Part shown: one piece after another, positions 10,201-20,086 of the stretch | Layout of the letters: each line of letters begins with the position of its first letter | Numbering within the stretch: position 1 is the first letter of the stretch | Source: an uncultured Chloroflexia bacterium | GTDB taxonomy: Bacteria; Chloroflexota; Limnocylindria; Limnocylindrales; CSP1-4 | Length of the DNA: 64,000 bases | Assembly: GCA_963752475.1 (NCBI GenBank) | Contig: CAVVYR010000008.1 | Location: 224,001 to 288,000, forward strand | Direction of reading: 5' to 3' | Notes under the pieces: generated by a model | Databases searched by the model: none | Told to the model about the DNA's origin: nothing | What the model saw: only the letters and a program-made list of their open reading frames with translations | Program-made: the position numbers and the translations under genes

Positions 10201-12993
10201 CTGTCGGTCAGGACCTCGGTGTCGGCGACCGGTGTAGAGCTGATGACGAGGTCCTTGGCCACGGAGTCGCTGTAGGCGCTCGTGACGTTGCCCGGGTGGA
10301 GCGTGACGTCGGCGAGGGCCGCGTCGGCGAGCGGCCGCGGTCAGGCCGGTGATGTCGGGCACCTCCGGCCGGCCCAGGCTCAGGACGTAGTCGACCTCGC
10401 TACCGACTCCGACCGGCGTGCCGGCGATCGGCAGGGAGCTGACCACGAGGTCCTCGGCGGTGTCGTCGTCGTAGGCGCTCGTGGCGTTGCCCGGGTGGAG
10501 CGTGACGTCGGCGAGGGCCGCGTCGGCGAGGGCCGCGGTCATGCCGGTGATGTCGGGCACCTCCGGCCGGCCCAGGCTCAGCACGTAGTCGACGAGGTCA
10601 CCGGACCCGAGAGGCGTGCCGGCGGCGGGATCCTGGTCGAAGACGAGCCCAGAGGCCACATCGTCGTCGTAGGCGCTCGTGACCTCGTCGACGATGAGGT
10701 CGGCCGTACCGATGGCAGCGTCGGCCTGCGTGGCGTTCATGCCGGAGAGGTTGGGCATCACCGTCGGGCCCAGGCTGACGACGTAGCTCACGGTCGCGCC
10801 AGTGGGGACGGTCGTGCCAGTGGGTGTGCCCTGGCTGATGACCTCGTCGAGTGGGACCGTGGCGTGGTAGACGGTCGAAGCGGAGCCCACAAGGGTCATC
10901 GAGCTGAGAGCGGCTTCCGCAGCTGTGTCGGTGAGGCCGACGAGGTTCGGCACGATGGGCTGGCCCAGGCTCTTGGTGTAGCCGACGGGGTCGTCGGGCC
11001 CGAGGTGGGTGCCGGCCACGGGAACCTGGCTGATGACGTCGTCGAGATCGATGGTGTCGGAGTATTCGGTGAGGACCGAGCCGACGGTCAGGCCGGCGCC
11101 GGTGATGACGGCATCGGCAGCCGTGCTCGAGAGCCCGACGATGTTCGGGGCGTCGATGGGCCCGAGCGAGACGACATAGCTGATCGGCGTGCTGGTATCC
11201 ACGGTGGAGCCAGCGGGCGTGCCCTGGCTGATGACCTCGTCGAGCGGGACGGTGGCGTGGTACTCGCTGCTGGGCGAACCGACGAGCATGGCGTCGTTGA
11301 GAGCGGACTCAGCGGCCGTGCTGGTCAGGCCCACGAGGTTGGGCACGGTGGGCCGGCCGAGGCTGAGGACGTAGTTGACCCGATCGTCGGCATCGAGGCC
11401 GGTGCCAGGTCTCGGCGACTGGCTGATGACGTCGCCGGCGGCGACCGTGTCGTGGTAGACAGAGGTCACCGTGCCGACAGTGAGCCCGAGATCGGTGATG
11501 GTCGTGTTCGCGTCGGCCTGGGTCTCGCCCACGATGTCGGGCGTGGGGATGGGACCGCCGCAGAGCGCGAGCAATGCCGGGATGTCGAGATGACCACCGG
11601 TGACCGTGGTGCTGGTGAGGTCCGAGTTCGAGGCCACGGAGCTCATGACGTGGCTGCGGATCTCGCTCGCGGTGAGCGTCGGGCCCACCGTCTTGCACAA
11701 CGCGATGGCGCCGGCCACATGCGGAGCCGCCATGCTCGTGCCGCTCATCCACCCATAGGTGTCGGTCGGCGTGGTGCTCACGATGCCCGAGCCCGGGGCC
11801 GCCAGATCCACGTTGGTGGCGCTGTAGTTGGAGTCGGTGCCAGCGTTGGCAGCGGTCGCGAGCTCACCCCCGGACGTCATGTTGGCGACGGAGATGATGC
11901 AGTCCCAACCCCGCGCTCCACCGGCGGCGGTCCGATCGCACTCGGAGGCAGCTGGATACTCCGGATCTGCACCATCGCTGATGTCGTTGCCGCTGTTGCC
12001 AGCCGCGGCGACGAACAGGATGCCGGCATCACCGGCCCGCTCGATGGCATCCACCAGGTCGGGGTCGTCGACCGGACCGGTCCAGCTGTTGTTCGTGGCC
12101 ACGATGTCGAGTCCGTAGCGTGACTTCAGATCGGTGACGTAGTCGATCGCCCTGACAGCGTCGCTGTATGAGCCGAACTGGCCGTGGATGAACTTGGCCG
12201 AGATCAAGGTCACGTTCCAGTCGACGCCGGCCACACCGGTGCCATTGCCGCCCTTGGCCCCAACGGTGCCGGCGACGTGCGAGCCATGGGAGTCGGTGCT
12301 GGCACTGTCGAACACGATGCCGTCGTCGTTGTAGAAGTCGTAGCCGTTGACGTCGTCGACATAGCCGTTGCCATCGTCATCGATAAGGTTGCCGGGGATC
12401 TCGCCCGGGTTCGTCCAGATGTTCGCGGCCAGGTCCGGGTGATCGACCTGGATCCCCTGGTCGATGATCCCGATGACCACGTCGCTCGAGCCCGTGTGGC
12501 CCGCGGCCCAGGCTTCGCCAGCACCACTGCCGTAGGTCTGCGGCGGGGAGGTCGAATCCCCGTGCATACCCCAAAGGCTGCCGTTCGTGTAGTAGGGGTC
12601 GTTCGAGTCCGCCGCGACGCGGATCAGGTAGTCGGGCCGAACGAGAGCCACACCGGGCTGAGACCCGATCTCTTCCAGCGCAGCGGCCATGGACTGCCCG
12701 GGCGCCAGCTCCACCACCACGCTGCCTGAGGCCTTGGGTGAGAGGCGCCGCACCGACTTGCTCTTGACGCCACGGACGGCCGCTGACTTCTTCGACACCG
12801 AAGCACTCTTCTTGTACGTGACGATGACCCGACCCGGCACGTGCGCTTGGGCCAGCTTGGCGGTGATGGCGGGGTCCTGAGCGGCTGCCACGACTGCGCT
12901 CGGGAGCAGGCTCGCGATCAGTACCAGGGCAGCGACGATCGCCACGAGCGAAGTGCGAGCATAGCGAAGCGGCGATGGCTGTTGATGCATCAC
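7235..12993 (-). CDS. Secreted S8 (subtilisin-like) protease with 13 PASTA repeats and two golvesin-like beta domains; split by apparent frameshifts at ~10332 and ~8016
   Basis: Signal peptide; catalytic D (IIDQG), H (HGSHVAG) and S (SGTSMAAPHVAG). The repeats (VP[DN]..G....A...ISQ...YVLSLG) continue across ORFs 9946..12993, 7665..10262 and 7235..8365. Confidence 0.85.
7979..8120. repeat. Tandem ~48-bp repeat (about 3 copies) encoding a PEPTAAPTPTPAPTPT linker
   Basis: GCGGGCGTTGGTGTGGGCGCCGCGGTGGGCT units repeated; one unit carries an extra T at 8016. Confidence 0.85.
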
Positions 12994-13110
12994 AGAAAAC
13001 AGTATCTCCGCACCGATGATTGCGCCATAGATGACGTTCCGCTGGTGGTGCGTAGCCGCATCGGGTCAGCGCTCCGTGCACGCGCTCCGATCTTGTCCTA
13101 GCGTCACCCT

Positions 13111-14196
13111 ATGAGCACTGCGGCCCCACCCTCGCAGCCGGGCTTCGCCCAACGCGCTCTCGAAGGCGGCATCCGACGCTTCAAGCGGCTGCTGATGCGG
13201 CGCATCCTGGTGCCCACGTGGAAGCTCGAGGACGACCTCGCAGCGCGGCCCGGCGGCGTCCACGCGAACGAGCGGTCCCCCAGGCGCATCGAGATCGTGA
13301 CCGAGTCGATGGAGGTCGAGGGTCTGCATCGGCCGATGCCCGGCTTCCCCCGCTCCCTCCCGCACGTGCTCTCGAGCGCGCGCAACATCGCCGCCTCGCT
13401 CTCGGAGGTCGACGATAACCCGGCCGACCCCCGTACGACCATGACGGACGCGGAGCGCGCCGAGCTCGAGGCCTTCATCCGCTCGACCGCGGTCGACACG
13501 TTCGGCTACACCACGGTCCCGCCGGAGCTCGTCTTCGAGGGCAAAGCCGTGCTCCACCCGAACGCGATCGTGCTCACGATGGAGATGGACAGGGCGCGCA
13601 TGGACACCTCACCCAGTCCCGATTCGGCGGTGATGGTGCACGAGACGTACGACCGGCTGGGCATCGCCGCCAACGAGATCGCCCGCCACCTGCGAAGCCT
13701 GGGCTACTCGGCGCAGGCCGGGCATCCGCTGGGCGGCCTCACGCTCTACCCGCCGCTGGCACAGGCGGCCGGCCTTGGCCGGCAGGGCATGCACGGACTG
13801 CTCATCACGCCTGAGTTCGGACCGCGTGTCCGGCTCGCGGCGGTCTTCACCAGCATCGAGGACCTGCCCGGCAGCACCGCCGACGAGCACGCCTGGATCG
13901 AGGACTTCTGCCGAGAGTGCGTCAAGTGCGTGCGCCAGTGCCCGCCGCAGGCCATCAGCACCGAGCCCATCCGCCACGAGAGCGGCCGCACGACCTGGAT
14001 CGAGTCAGAGCGTTGTCTGCCCTACTTCGTGCGCAACAACGGCTGTTCCATCTGTATCGCGGTCTGCCCCTTCCACCAGCGCGACTACGACTGGCTGCGT
14101 GAACGCTGGGAGCGCCACAGCGCGCGCGCGGCAGAGCTTCGTGCCGACCCGCCGCGGGACTTTCCCGATCACCTTCGCACCCCGCCGCTATCGTAG
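13111..14196 (+). CDS. QueG/reductive-dehalogenase-like cobalamin-binding 2x[4Fe-4S] protein
   Basis: LAQAAGLGRQGMHGLLITPEFGPRVRLAAVFT, FCRECVKCVRQCP and C..GCSICIAVCPF; no RRxFLK Tat motif. Confidence 0.8.
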   Translation: MSTAAPPSQPGFAQRALEGGIRRFKRLLMRRILVPTWKLEDDLAARPGGVHANERSPRRIEIVTESMEVEGLHRPMPGFPRSLPHVLSSARNIAASLSEVDDNPADPRTTMTDAERAELEAFIRSTAVDTFGYTTVPPELVFEGKAVLHPNAIVLTMEMDRARMDTSPSPDSAVMVHETYDRLGIAANEIARHLRSLGYSAQAGHPLGGLTLYPPLAQAAGLGRQGMHGLLITPEFGPRVRLAAVFTSIEDLPGSTADEHAWIEDFCRECVKCVRQCPPQAISTEPIRHESGRTTWIESERCLPYFVRNNGCSICIAVCPFHQRDYDWLRERWERHSARAAELRADPPRDFPDHLRTPPLS

Positions 14197-14205
14197 GCTC
14201 TGGAC

Positions 14206-14481
14206 ATGGCGAGCTATCGAGTGATGTCGTGGCGCGGCATCCCATCACAGGTCAAGGCCACCGACGACAACGGCGCCACCGTGTCGCAGATGCTTCCGCC
14301 GCCCTTCCAGCAGGAGATCGACCGCGTGGCCATGGCTGAAGGACTGGCCGACTCCGACGAGTACCTCGAAGCCTGGGCCTGGACCGAGGAGCTGTCCCGC
14401 GATGGCTCGGCCGAAGAGGTGGCCAAGGCCGTCGCCGAGGAGGTCGGTGAGGCCTGGCGCCAGGAGAACGGCCGAACCTAG
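14206..14481 (+). CDS. Small 'virulence factor' domain protein (PF13769-like)
   Basis: WRGIPSQV..FQQEIDRVAM..DSDEYLEAW pattern; starts 9 bp after the upstream gene. Confidence 0.7.
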   Translation: MASYRVMSWRGIPSQVKATDDNGATVSQMLPPPFQQEIDRVAMAEGLADSDEYLEAWAWTEELSRDGSAEEVAKAVAEEVGEAWRQENGRT

Positions 14482-15227
14482 CTCCGGTCCAGGCGTCCCG
14501 AAACCGAGACCGAGAGCTCCGACACCGACACATCCTGGGCCACGAAGCGCAGCTTGCTGCCGTCGGCCAGGGTCACCATCGCGGGCAGCAGGGTCACCGC
14601 CTGTTCTCCTGCGCCCCCGTTCGGCAGGTGATCGAAGAAGCGGCCGCAGGCGCCTTCGGCGAAGGGGCTCGTCTTCACGCCCTGCTCGCCGCTGGCGACG
14701 ACCGTTCCGGTCTCCGCATCCACGGCGAGGACATCATCGATCCAGCAGGTGCCGTTGGGGATGTCGAGCGGGCCGGCGAATGCGAGCAGGGTGCGCATGC
14801 GCGTCTCGTCGGGATACCAGTCGATGGTGACGTCCGAGTCGATGCCGGGCGTGGTGGGCGCCTCCGCCAGCATCTGGTCGGCGCCCAGCTCAAGGAAGTC
14901 GCGACCGAAGCGAGCGGTCCAGGTGGTTCCCGGCTCGAGGCACCCAGCGTAGCCGGGCGTAGCTGGCAGATGGCCACTGGTGATGTCGAGCCGCGACGGC
15001 GCCTGGTCGAGCTGCGGAGACGGGAACAGCGCCGGCCGCTCGGCGACGGCTTGGTCTACGGCCGCAGCCACGGACGCCCAGTCCTGGGCGGATAGCGAGC
15101 CAGGACCCACCTCCAGGCAGACGTCGGCGAACTGCTCCACCGGCGGACCTGCCGGGTCGGCCAGGACCGTGCCACAGGCCAGCACCGTCAGCAGACTGGC
15201 CGCCATCCCAGCACGGAGCGGCCTCAC
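14478..15227 (-). CDS. Hypothetical secreted protein
   Basis: Signal peptide (VLA/DP), four Cys in the mature part, high-GC3 codon usage; coupled to the upstream lipoprotein. Confidence 0.7.
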   Translation of the reverse strand: MRPLRAGMAASLLTVLACGTVLADPAGPPVEQFADVCLEVGPGSLSAQDWASVAAAVDQAVAERPALFPSPQLDQAPSRLDITSGHLPATPGYAGCLEPGTTWTARFGRDFLELGADQMLAEAPTTPGIDSDVTIDWYPDETRMRTLLAFAGPLDIPNGTCWIDDVLAVDAETGTVVASGEQGVKTSPFAEGACGRFFDHLPNGGAGEQAVTLLPAMVTLADGSKLRFVAQDVSVSELSVSVSGRLDRS

Positions 15228-15640
15228 TCGGGGATGTCGATCGAGAGCGTCCCCCCGCCATAGCCGTTGACCAGGTCCCGGCCCTCGACCGTGATGGTCC
15301 TGACCCCTTCGGGGATCTCCAACCCCGGCTGTGTGCGCGTGAAGGGCTGCTCGTTGGCGTGGTCGTGCATCAGCGTATGCGTCCCGAGTACGTTGTCTTC
15401 CTCGTCGAGCACACGCCAGCCATCGGCGTATCGCTCCGGGCTGTCATACGGCGACGAGATGCTCACGACCACGTCGTAGACGCGATCACCGCTCGAGACG
15501 AGCTGGACCCCGATGATCTCGGGGAAGCGATCAGGCGGCTCCATGTCGAGCTCCTCGCTGACGCCGAGGTAGAGGAGTTGGCAACCACTCACGGCCAGAA
15601 CGGCCAGGAGCGCGAGCGACAGGCGGACGATGACGGTCAT
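15224..15640 (-). CDS. Hypothetical lipoprotein with YADGWRV..HDHANEQPFTR motif
   Basis: Lipobox VSGC and a His-rich motif suggesting metal binding. Confidence 0.75.
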   Translation of the reverse strand: MTVIVRLSLALLAVLAVSGCQLLYLGVSEELDMEPPDRFPEIIGVQLVSSGDRVYDVVVSISSPYDSPERYADGWRVLDEEDNVLGTHTLMHDHANEQPFTRTQPGLEIPEGVRTITVEGRDLVNGYGGGTLSIDIPE

Positions 15641-15702
15641 GAGGTCCTCATCGTACGGTTAGGGGCAAGCCCACTCAGAAAGCACCGCCCCGGAGGCACC
15701 CC

Positions 15703-16011
15703 ATGAGCGACATCCCAGCCGGCATCAAGGTCGAGTCCGTCTTCCTCGTCGAAGCGCAGTACACCGCCGAGGCCGCCGAGAAGCGCCCTGCCGTACGCGG
15801 CGAACACCTGTCCAACGTGGCGCGTCTGCGTGAGGAGGGTGTGATCATCGAGGCCGGGGCCTACAGCGACAAGTTGACCTCGTCGGTGCTGCTGGTGCGT
15901 GCCGACGATGCCGCGGCGGCCCTCGCGCTCGCCCGCCAGGACGTCTACGTCAAGGCCGGCGTGTGGGGCGATATCAGTGCCCGTCCCTTCGGCCGCGTCA
16001 CCTCGGAGTAG
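15703..16011 (+). CDS. YciI family protein
   Basis: RPAVRGEHL, EAGAY and D.YVKAGVW motifs; GGAGG RBS. Confidence 0.8.
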   Translation: MSDIPAGIKVESVFLVEAQYTAEAAEKRPAVRGEHLSNVARLREEGVIIEAGAYSDKLTSSVLLVRADDAAAALALARQDVYVKAGVWGDISARPFGRVTSE

Positions 16012-17088
16012 TCAGGCCGCCAGCTCGTAGTCCTCGGGCACCAGGGGGTAGTGCGAGAGCCGGTTCGCCTGCGGCGCCTTGCTGGGCACAGCTCGCATCC
16101 GGCTTTCGACCGGACGTCCGGCGACATCGCGGTTCGGCACCGCGTCCTCGGCCAGGCTGACGGCCAGCTCGCGGAAGAAGGGGTCGCCGGTCATCCGGCT
16201 GAGCAGCCGTAGCTGCCAGATGTGCACCTGGTGGTACTTGAAGTGCTTGGTTCGGCTGCGCAGGCCGTACAGGCTGACCTTGCCCTCGCGGCGATAGGCC
16301 TCTGCGCGGTCGCGGATCGTGGTGAGCGCGCCCTCGAGCAGATTGCGCGCCTCCGGTGAGCGCGTGTGCTGCCAGTACTCGTAGAGCCCGATGAGTGAGT
16401 GCAGGTGCGCGTTGAGGACGTGATTCGGGCGGCTGTTGGGATAGTGCTCGAGCCAGAGGTACCCGCCGTCCGCGACATAGGCGACCCAGGGCCGGTCGCC
16501 TCCGCCCTTGCGCCGCCCCAGCCGCTGATAGCTCTCGAAGAGGTGCTCTGCTGCCTCCAGGTGCGCGACGTCGCCCGTGACCCGGTGCAGACGGACGAAG
16601 AACGAGAGCGCGAGGCCCTGCGACATGGCGTTGTACCAGGGAGCGTTGAGGCCCTCGGGCGGGTAGTCGAACCAGAACGGCAGCCACCAGGCGTCGTCCT
16701 CCTCGATGACCATGTCGCGCAGGTGGTCCGCCTGCACCCGCGCCTGCTCCAGCTGCCGCCGGTCGCCCGTGTCTCGGAAGGCATCGATGCGTTTCATGCC
16801 GTTGATGGCCACCGAGCCCGGCCGGTAGTACAGCGCGCCGTCGATCCAGCGGAACAGGGCGATGCCCTTCTCGTCGACCGGCCGCGGCACGTCCAGCGCG
16901 GGCGGCTGGTCACCGGTCCACGGCAGCCGGTCGAACGGCAGGTCGACGAGGTCGAAGTGCCGGCGATGGTACGGCGCAGGCTCGTCCGGCTCGCTGGCGC
17001 GCCCGGGGGCAGACAGCGAGATCGTGCCGATGGTGGCGATCAGCAGCGCGAGGAGGAGCACAGGCGTACGCACGCGTGGAACCGTCAT
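16012..17088 (-). CDS. Secreted D-glucuronyl C5-epimerase C-terminal-domain protein
   Basis: APWYNAMSQGLALS, WLEHYP, HVLNAH and YHQVHIWQL motifs; GAAGGAGAG RBS before the ATG at 17088; signal peptide. Confidence 0.8.
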   Translation of the reverse strand: MTVPRVRTPVLLLALLIATIGTISLSAPGRASEPDEPAPYHRRHFDLVDLPFDRLPWTGDQPPALDVPRPVDEKGIALFRWIDGALYYRPGSVAINGMKRIDAFRDTGDRRQLEQARVQADHLRDMVIEEDDAWWLPFWFDYPPEGLNAPWYNAMSQGLALSFFVRLHRVTGDVAHLEAAEHLFESYQRLGRRKGGGDRPWVAYVADGGYLWLEHYPNSRPNHVLNAHLHSLIGLYEYWQHTRSPEARNLLEGALTTIRDRAEAYRREGKVSLYGLRSRTKHFKYHQVHIWQLRLLSRMTGDPFFRELAVSLAEDAVPNRDVAGRPVESRMRAVPSKAPQANRLSHYPLVPEDYELAA

Positions 17089-17351
17089 CTCTCCTTCGGG
17101 CGGCACGGCACCGCACATTCGGCTCGAGCCTACCGCGAGCCCCGGATTCGCGCGACGAGGCCCGCTGCGGCCCCTCGTGATGGGCACCGTGCCCTGAGGT
17201 CGTCTGGGACACAGGCTCGCGTCTGGAGCTACCACGAGCACCAGAAGATGTATGTCGACGTCGTCGAGTGATCAGTAGCGACTCCGACTCCGCCGGCGCC
17301 GATGTACCGGCGGGTGCCTGGATGGGGATCCAGGCTCCTTCCACCCGCTAG

Positions 17352-17472
17352 ACAAGGGAACGCACCGAGGGCCCGGAGGAGAAGAGCTGGCCCTCGGCGC
17401 GTCTCCCAGAGGAGGGAGAGTGGTCGGAGCGCCCGAAGGCGCCGGAACGTGCCCGACCGCGTTGCCTCTTAC
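17352..17472 (-). ncRNA. Candidate sRNA of three hairpins with CUCCUC loops
   Basis: GCGCC-TTCG-GGCGC; TCTCCC-TCCTCT-GGGAGA; CGCGCCGAGGGCC-loop(TTCTCCTCC)-GGCCCTCGGTGCG followed by a pyrimidine tail. An ECF-type promoter lies immediately upstream. Confidence 0.6.
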
Positions 17473-17476
17473 TCAC

Positions 17477-17508
17477 ATAGAGACCCCGAACGGCCGAATT
17501 GTTCCATC
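17477..17508 (-). promoter_or_regulatory. ECF-sigma-type promoter (GGAAC-N16-GTCT)
   Basis: Minus strand reads GATGGAACAATTCGGCCGTTCGGGGTCTCTAT. Confidence 0.5.
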
Positions 17509-17539
17509 GCGGGCGAGAATCGCCGTGCCGGCCACGTCG

Positions 17540-18292
17540 CTAGTCGGCTCGCGATCGGGCCCTTGGGTTGCGGGCCATCAGCTCGGTCGCCAGCGCGACC
17601 TCCACCAGTCCGACGAAGCCACCGACCGCCACCGAGACCAACCACGAGGCGCTGACCTCGACCCAGAACCCACTGTGATGGAGCGCGTGATGCACCCACT
17701 CGTGGACCGTGTGCTCGGCGATGATCAGCACGACCACCAGCGCGAAGATGTGAGGCCACGCCGTGCGACTCAACTGGTAGGTCCGCCCGAAGCCATCGAC
17801 GAGCCCATGACGCTCCTGCACGATGACCGGGCCGACGAGCGCGAAGAGCGTCATCCAGATGAGACCCGGGATGACGAAGAGCGCCAGGCCGATGATGGCT
17901 CCGACGATGAGGATGAGGTCCGCCATCACCAACCGGCCCCAGGGCAGCGACTTGAGCACGGTGCGGAAGTGGGTGCGGTGGCCCTTGAAGTACTCGTGAC
18001 CGACCGCCTCATCGAGGTAGCCGGCGTAGACGACCGGGCCAGCCAGCCGCACGAGCGTCGCCAGCAGTAGCCCGATGATGAAGCCGAGGCCACGGACCAG
18101 CCCCGGGTCCGCCTCGAGCGACTCGCGGAAGCCTCCGAGCAAGACCGATAGCAGCGGCGGCGGTACGAAGACGATGAATGCCACCAGCGCGACACGTAGG
18201 TAGTGCTGGCGCAGCATGCCCCACGCTTCACGCAGGACACGCCGATAGGTGAGTGGCCCCTCCCCCGGGGCGTACGTCGATCGTTGGTTCAC
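17540..18292 (-). CDS. Hypothetical integral membrane protein
   Basis: About six hydrophobic segments with FVIPGLIW and PVIVQE motifs. Confidence 0.75.
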   Translation of the reverse strand: MNQRSTYAPGEGPLTYRRVLREAWGMLRQHYLRVALVAFIVFVPPPLLSVLLGGFRESLEADPGLVRGLGFIIGLLLATLVRLAGPVVYAGYLDEAVGHEYFKGHRTHFRTVLKSLPWGRLVMADLILIVGAIIGLALFVIPGLIWMTLFALVGPVIVQERHGLVDGFGRTYQLSRTAWPHIFALVVVLIIAEHTVHEWVHHALHHSGFWVEVSASWLVSVAVGGFVGLVEVALATELMARNPRARSRAD

Positions 18293-18320
18293 GGGGGAAA
18301 GGCTACAAGGACGGACTCCC

Positions 18321-19055
18321 TCAGGCGCGGCGACGCAGCGTCAGGTAGCTCAGACCCAGGGCCACCACGCACCAGCCGGTCAGGAGGACGAAGGGACCGG
18401 CGGTGAGGGTGAAGGTGTCGGCGGCGAGCGATCCGCGGATGACCTCACCCATCGACTCGACCGGCAGCACATCGTGGACCTCCTGCAGCCACTCCGGCAG
18501 CCGGCTGGACGGGAAGTTGAGGGGGCTGAAGATGAGGACGGCCACGACCAGGATCTGCGTCAGCAGCATGGCGATCATCGGTGGCAGGACCGAGGCCATG
18601 GCGTAGCCGATGGCCGCGGACGTCGTAGCCACCAGCAGCACGGCCGGGATGATGGTCCAGCTGATCGAGAGCGTCAGGTCGAGTGCCCAGGAGCCGATCG
18701 CCACCGCGAAGACCACACCGGGCAGGACGATGGCCAGCATGACGGTCAGGTCAGCCATGAGGAACACCATCCTCGGCACGGGCAGGCTGCGCATGTAGTC
18801 GAGCGAGCCCTCCATCCGCGCCTGGGCCACTACCTGTGGCAACGCCACCAGGCCCATCGTGATGAGCGTGATGGCCGGGGCGCCGGTCGCGAGGAAGAGC
18901 ACGGTCATCTCGTCGATCGCGGGGAAGAGCAGTGGATAGCCAACGACGATGCCGAAGGCGAACGCGACCTGTACCACGATCGCCAACACGAGGAAGGCCT
19001 GGAGTCGCAAGATCTGCCATTCGATCAGCAGCCAGTAGCTACGCAGCGCGTGCAT
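18321..19055 (-). CDS. ABC-2 type exporter permease
   Basis: Six TM segments; EGSLDYMRSLP and PEWLQ..VLP motifs. Confidence 0.9.
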   Translation of the reverse strand: MHALRSYWLLIEWQILRLQAFLVLAIVVQVAFAFGIVVGYPLLFPAIDEMTVLFLATGAPAITLITMGLVALPQVVAQARMEGSLDYMRSLPVPRMVFLMADLTVMLAIVLPGVVFAVAIGSWALDLTLSISWTIIPAVLLVATTSAAIGYAMASVLPPMIAMLLTQILVVAVLIFSPLNFPSSRLPEWLQEVHDVLPVESMGEVIRGSLAADTFTLTAGPFVLLTGWCVVALGLSYLTLRRRA

Positions 19056-20034
19056 GGGAGACCTCCTGGGTCGACGCAAGGGGCGCCTCGGCCCGGGCGT
19101 CGGTGGACAAGGGGGAGACGAGGTCGACGTAGACGTCCTCGAGCGTGGCCGGTGTCAACGAGAACTCGCCGATGACCCCGTCGCCGCGCAGGGACTGGGC
19201 CCATTCGACGGCGAGGGCCGCATCCGAGGACTCGATGATGGCGCGGGCGCGGACACCCTTGAGGTCGTAGCGCTGCACGAACGGTCGTGGCGCCACCACC
19301 GCCCGGGGTTCGAGCGTCAGGTCCAGCCGCAGCTCGTGCTCGAGATCGGCCTTGAGCTGTGCGGGCGTGCCCTCGGCCACGACGCGGCCGGCATCGAGGA
19401 CCGCTAGCCGGTCGACCGCGCGCTCGGCTTCGACCACGTTGTGAGTCACGAGCAGCACGGTGTTGCCCTCGTCGGCCAGAGCCCGAACCGCATCCCACAG
19501 GAGGCGGCGGCGAACCGGGTCGACATCGTTGGTGGGCTCGTCGAGCATGATCACGCGACCGGGCACGATCGCCGCCATGGCGAACGAGACGAGCCGCTTC
19601 ACACCACCCGAAAGTTTCTCACCGTCGGTCTCGAGCCACTCTCCGATGTCAAGGGCCTCGACGAGCATGTCGCGCCGAGCCTCGACCGCAGCCGACTGAC
19701 CACCACGGATGCGGCCGATGAGGTCGATGGCCTGGCGTGGCTTCAGCCCGGTGATGGGCAACTGCGCCTGAGGCTGCAGTGAGCAGACCTGTCGCGCGTG
19801 GCTCGGGTCGCCGACGAGGTCGACGCCGTCGACGTGGATGGTGCCGGCGTCCGGCTTGAGCGATCCGACCACCTGGTTGACGAGCGTGGTCTTGCCCGCA
19901 CCGTTGTGGCCGAGCAGGCCGTAGACCTGGCCCGCATCGGCCCGCAGCGTGATGCCGTCGTTGGCGCGCACGCCCTCTCCTCGCCGGAGGCGTCTCCGGT
20001 AGGTCTTCCTGATGTCGTGGATCTCCAGCAGCAT
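19039..20034 (-). CDS. ABC exporter ATP-binding protein
   Basis: Walker A GHNGAGKTT, LSGG signature, LDEPT and VTH; probable start MLLEIHD at 20034. Confidence 0.92.
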   Translation of the reverse strand: MLLEIHDIRKTYRRRLRRGEGVRANDGITLRADAGQVYGLLGHNGAGKTTLVNQVVGSLKPDAGTIHVDGVDLVGDPSHARQVCSLQPQAQLPITGLKPRQAIDLIGRIRGGQSAAVEARRDMLVEALDIGEWLETDGEKLSGGVKRLVSFAMAAIVPGRVIMLDEPTNDVDPVRRRLLWDAVRALADEGNTVLLVTHNVVEAERAVDRLAVLDAGRVVAEGTPAQLKADLEHELRLDLTLEPRAVVAPRPFVQRYDLKGVRARAIIESSDAALAVEWAQSLRGDGVIGEFSLTPATLEDVYVDLVSPLSTDARAEAPLASTQEVSHARAA

Positions 20035-20086
20035 GGCTCCCTGTTTCCTCGTACTTGGCTGTGTGTCCTGTGTCGTGGGCATCCGG

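Noticed and set aside
10320-10345. Programmed ribosomal frameshift in the protease
   Set aside because: No slippery sequence; comparison with the neighbouring repeat at ~10521 shows a simple extra C.
7551-12123. Long plus-strand ORFs (7551..8618, 10282..12123) opposite the protease
   Set aside because: Antisense shadows of repetitive high-GC coding sequence with no motifs.
13111-14196. Respiratory reductive dehalogenase (organohalide respiration)
   Set aside because: No Tat signal and no adjacent rdhB membrane anchor.
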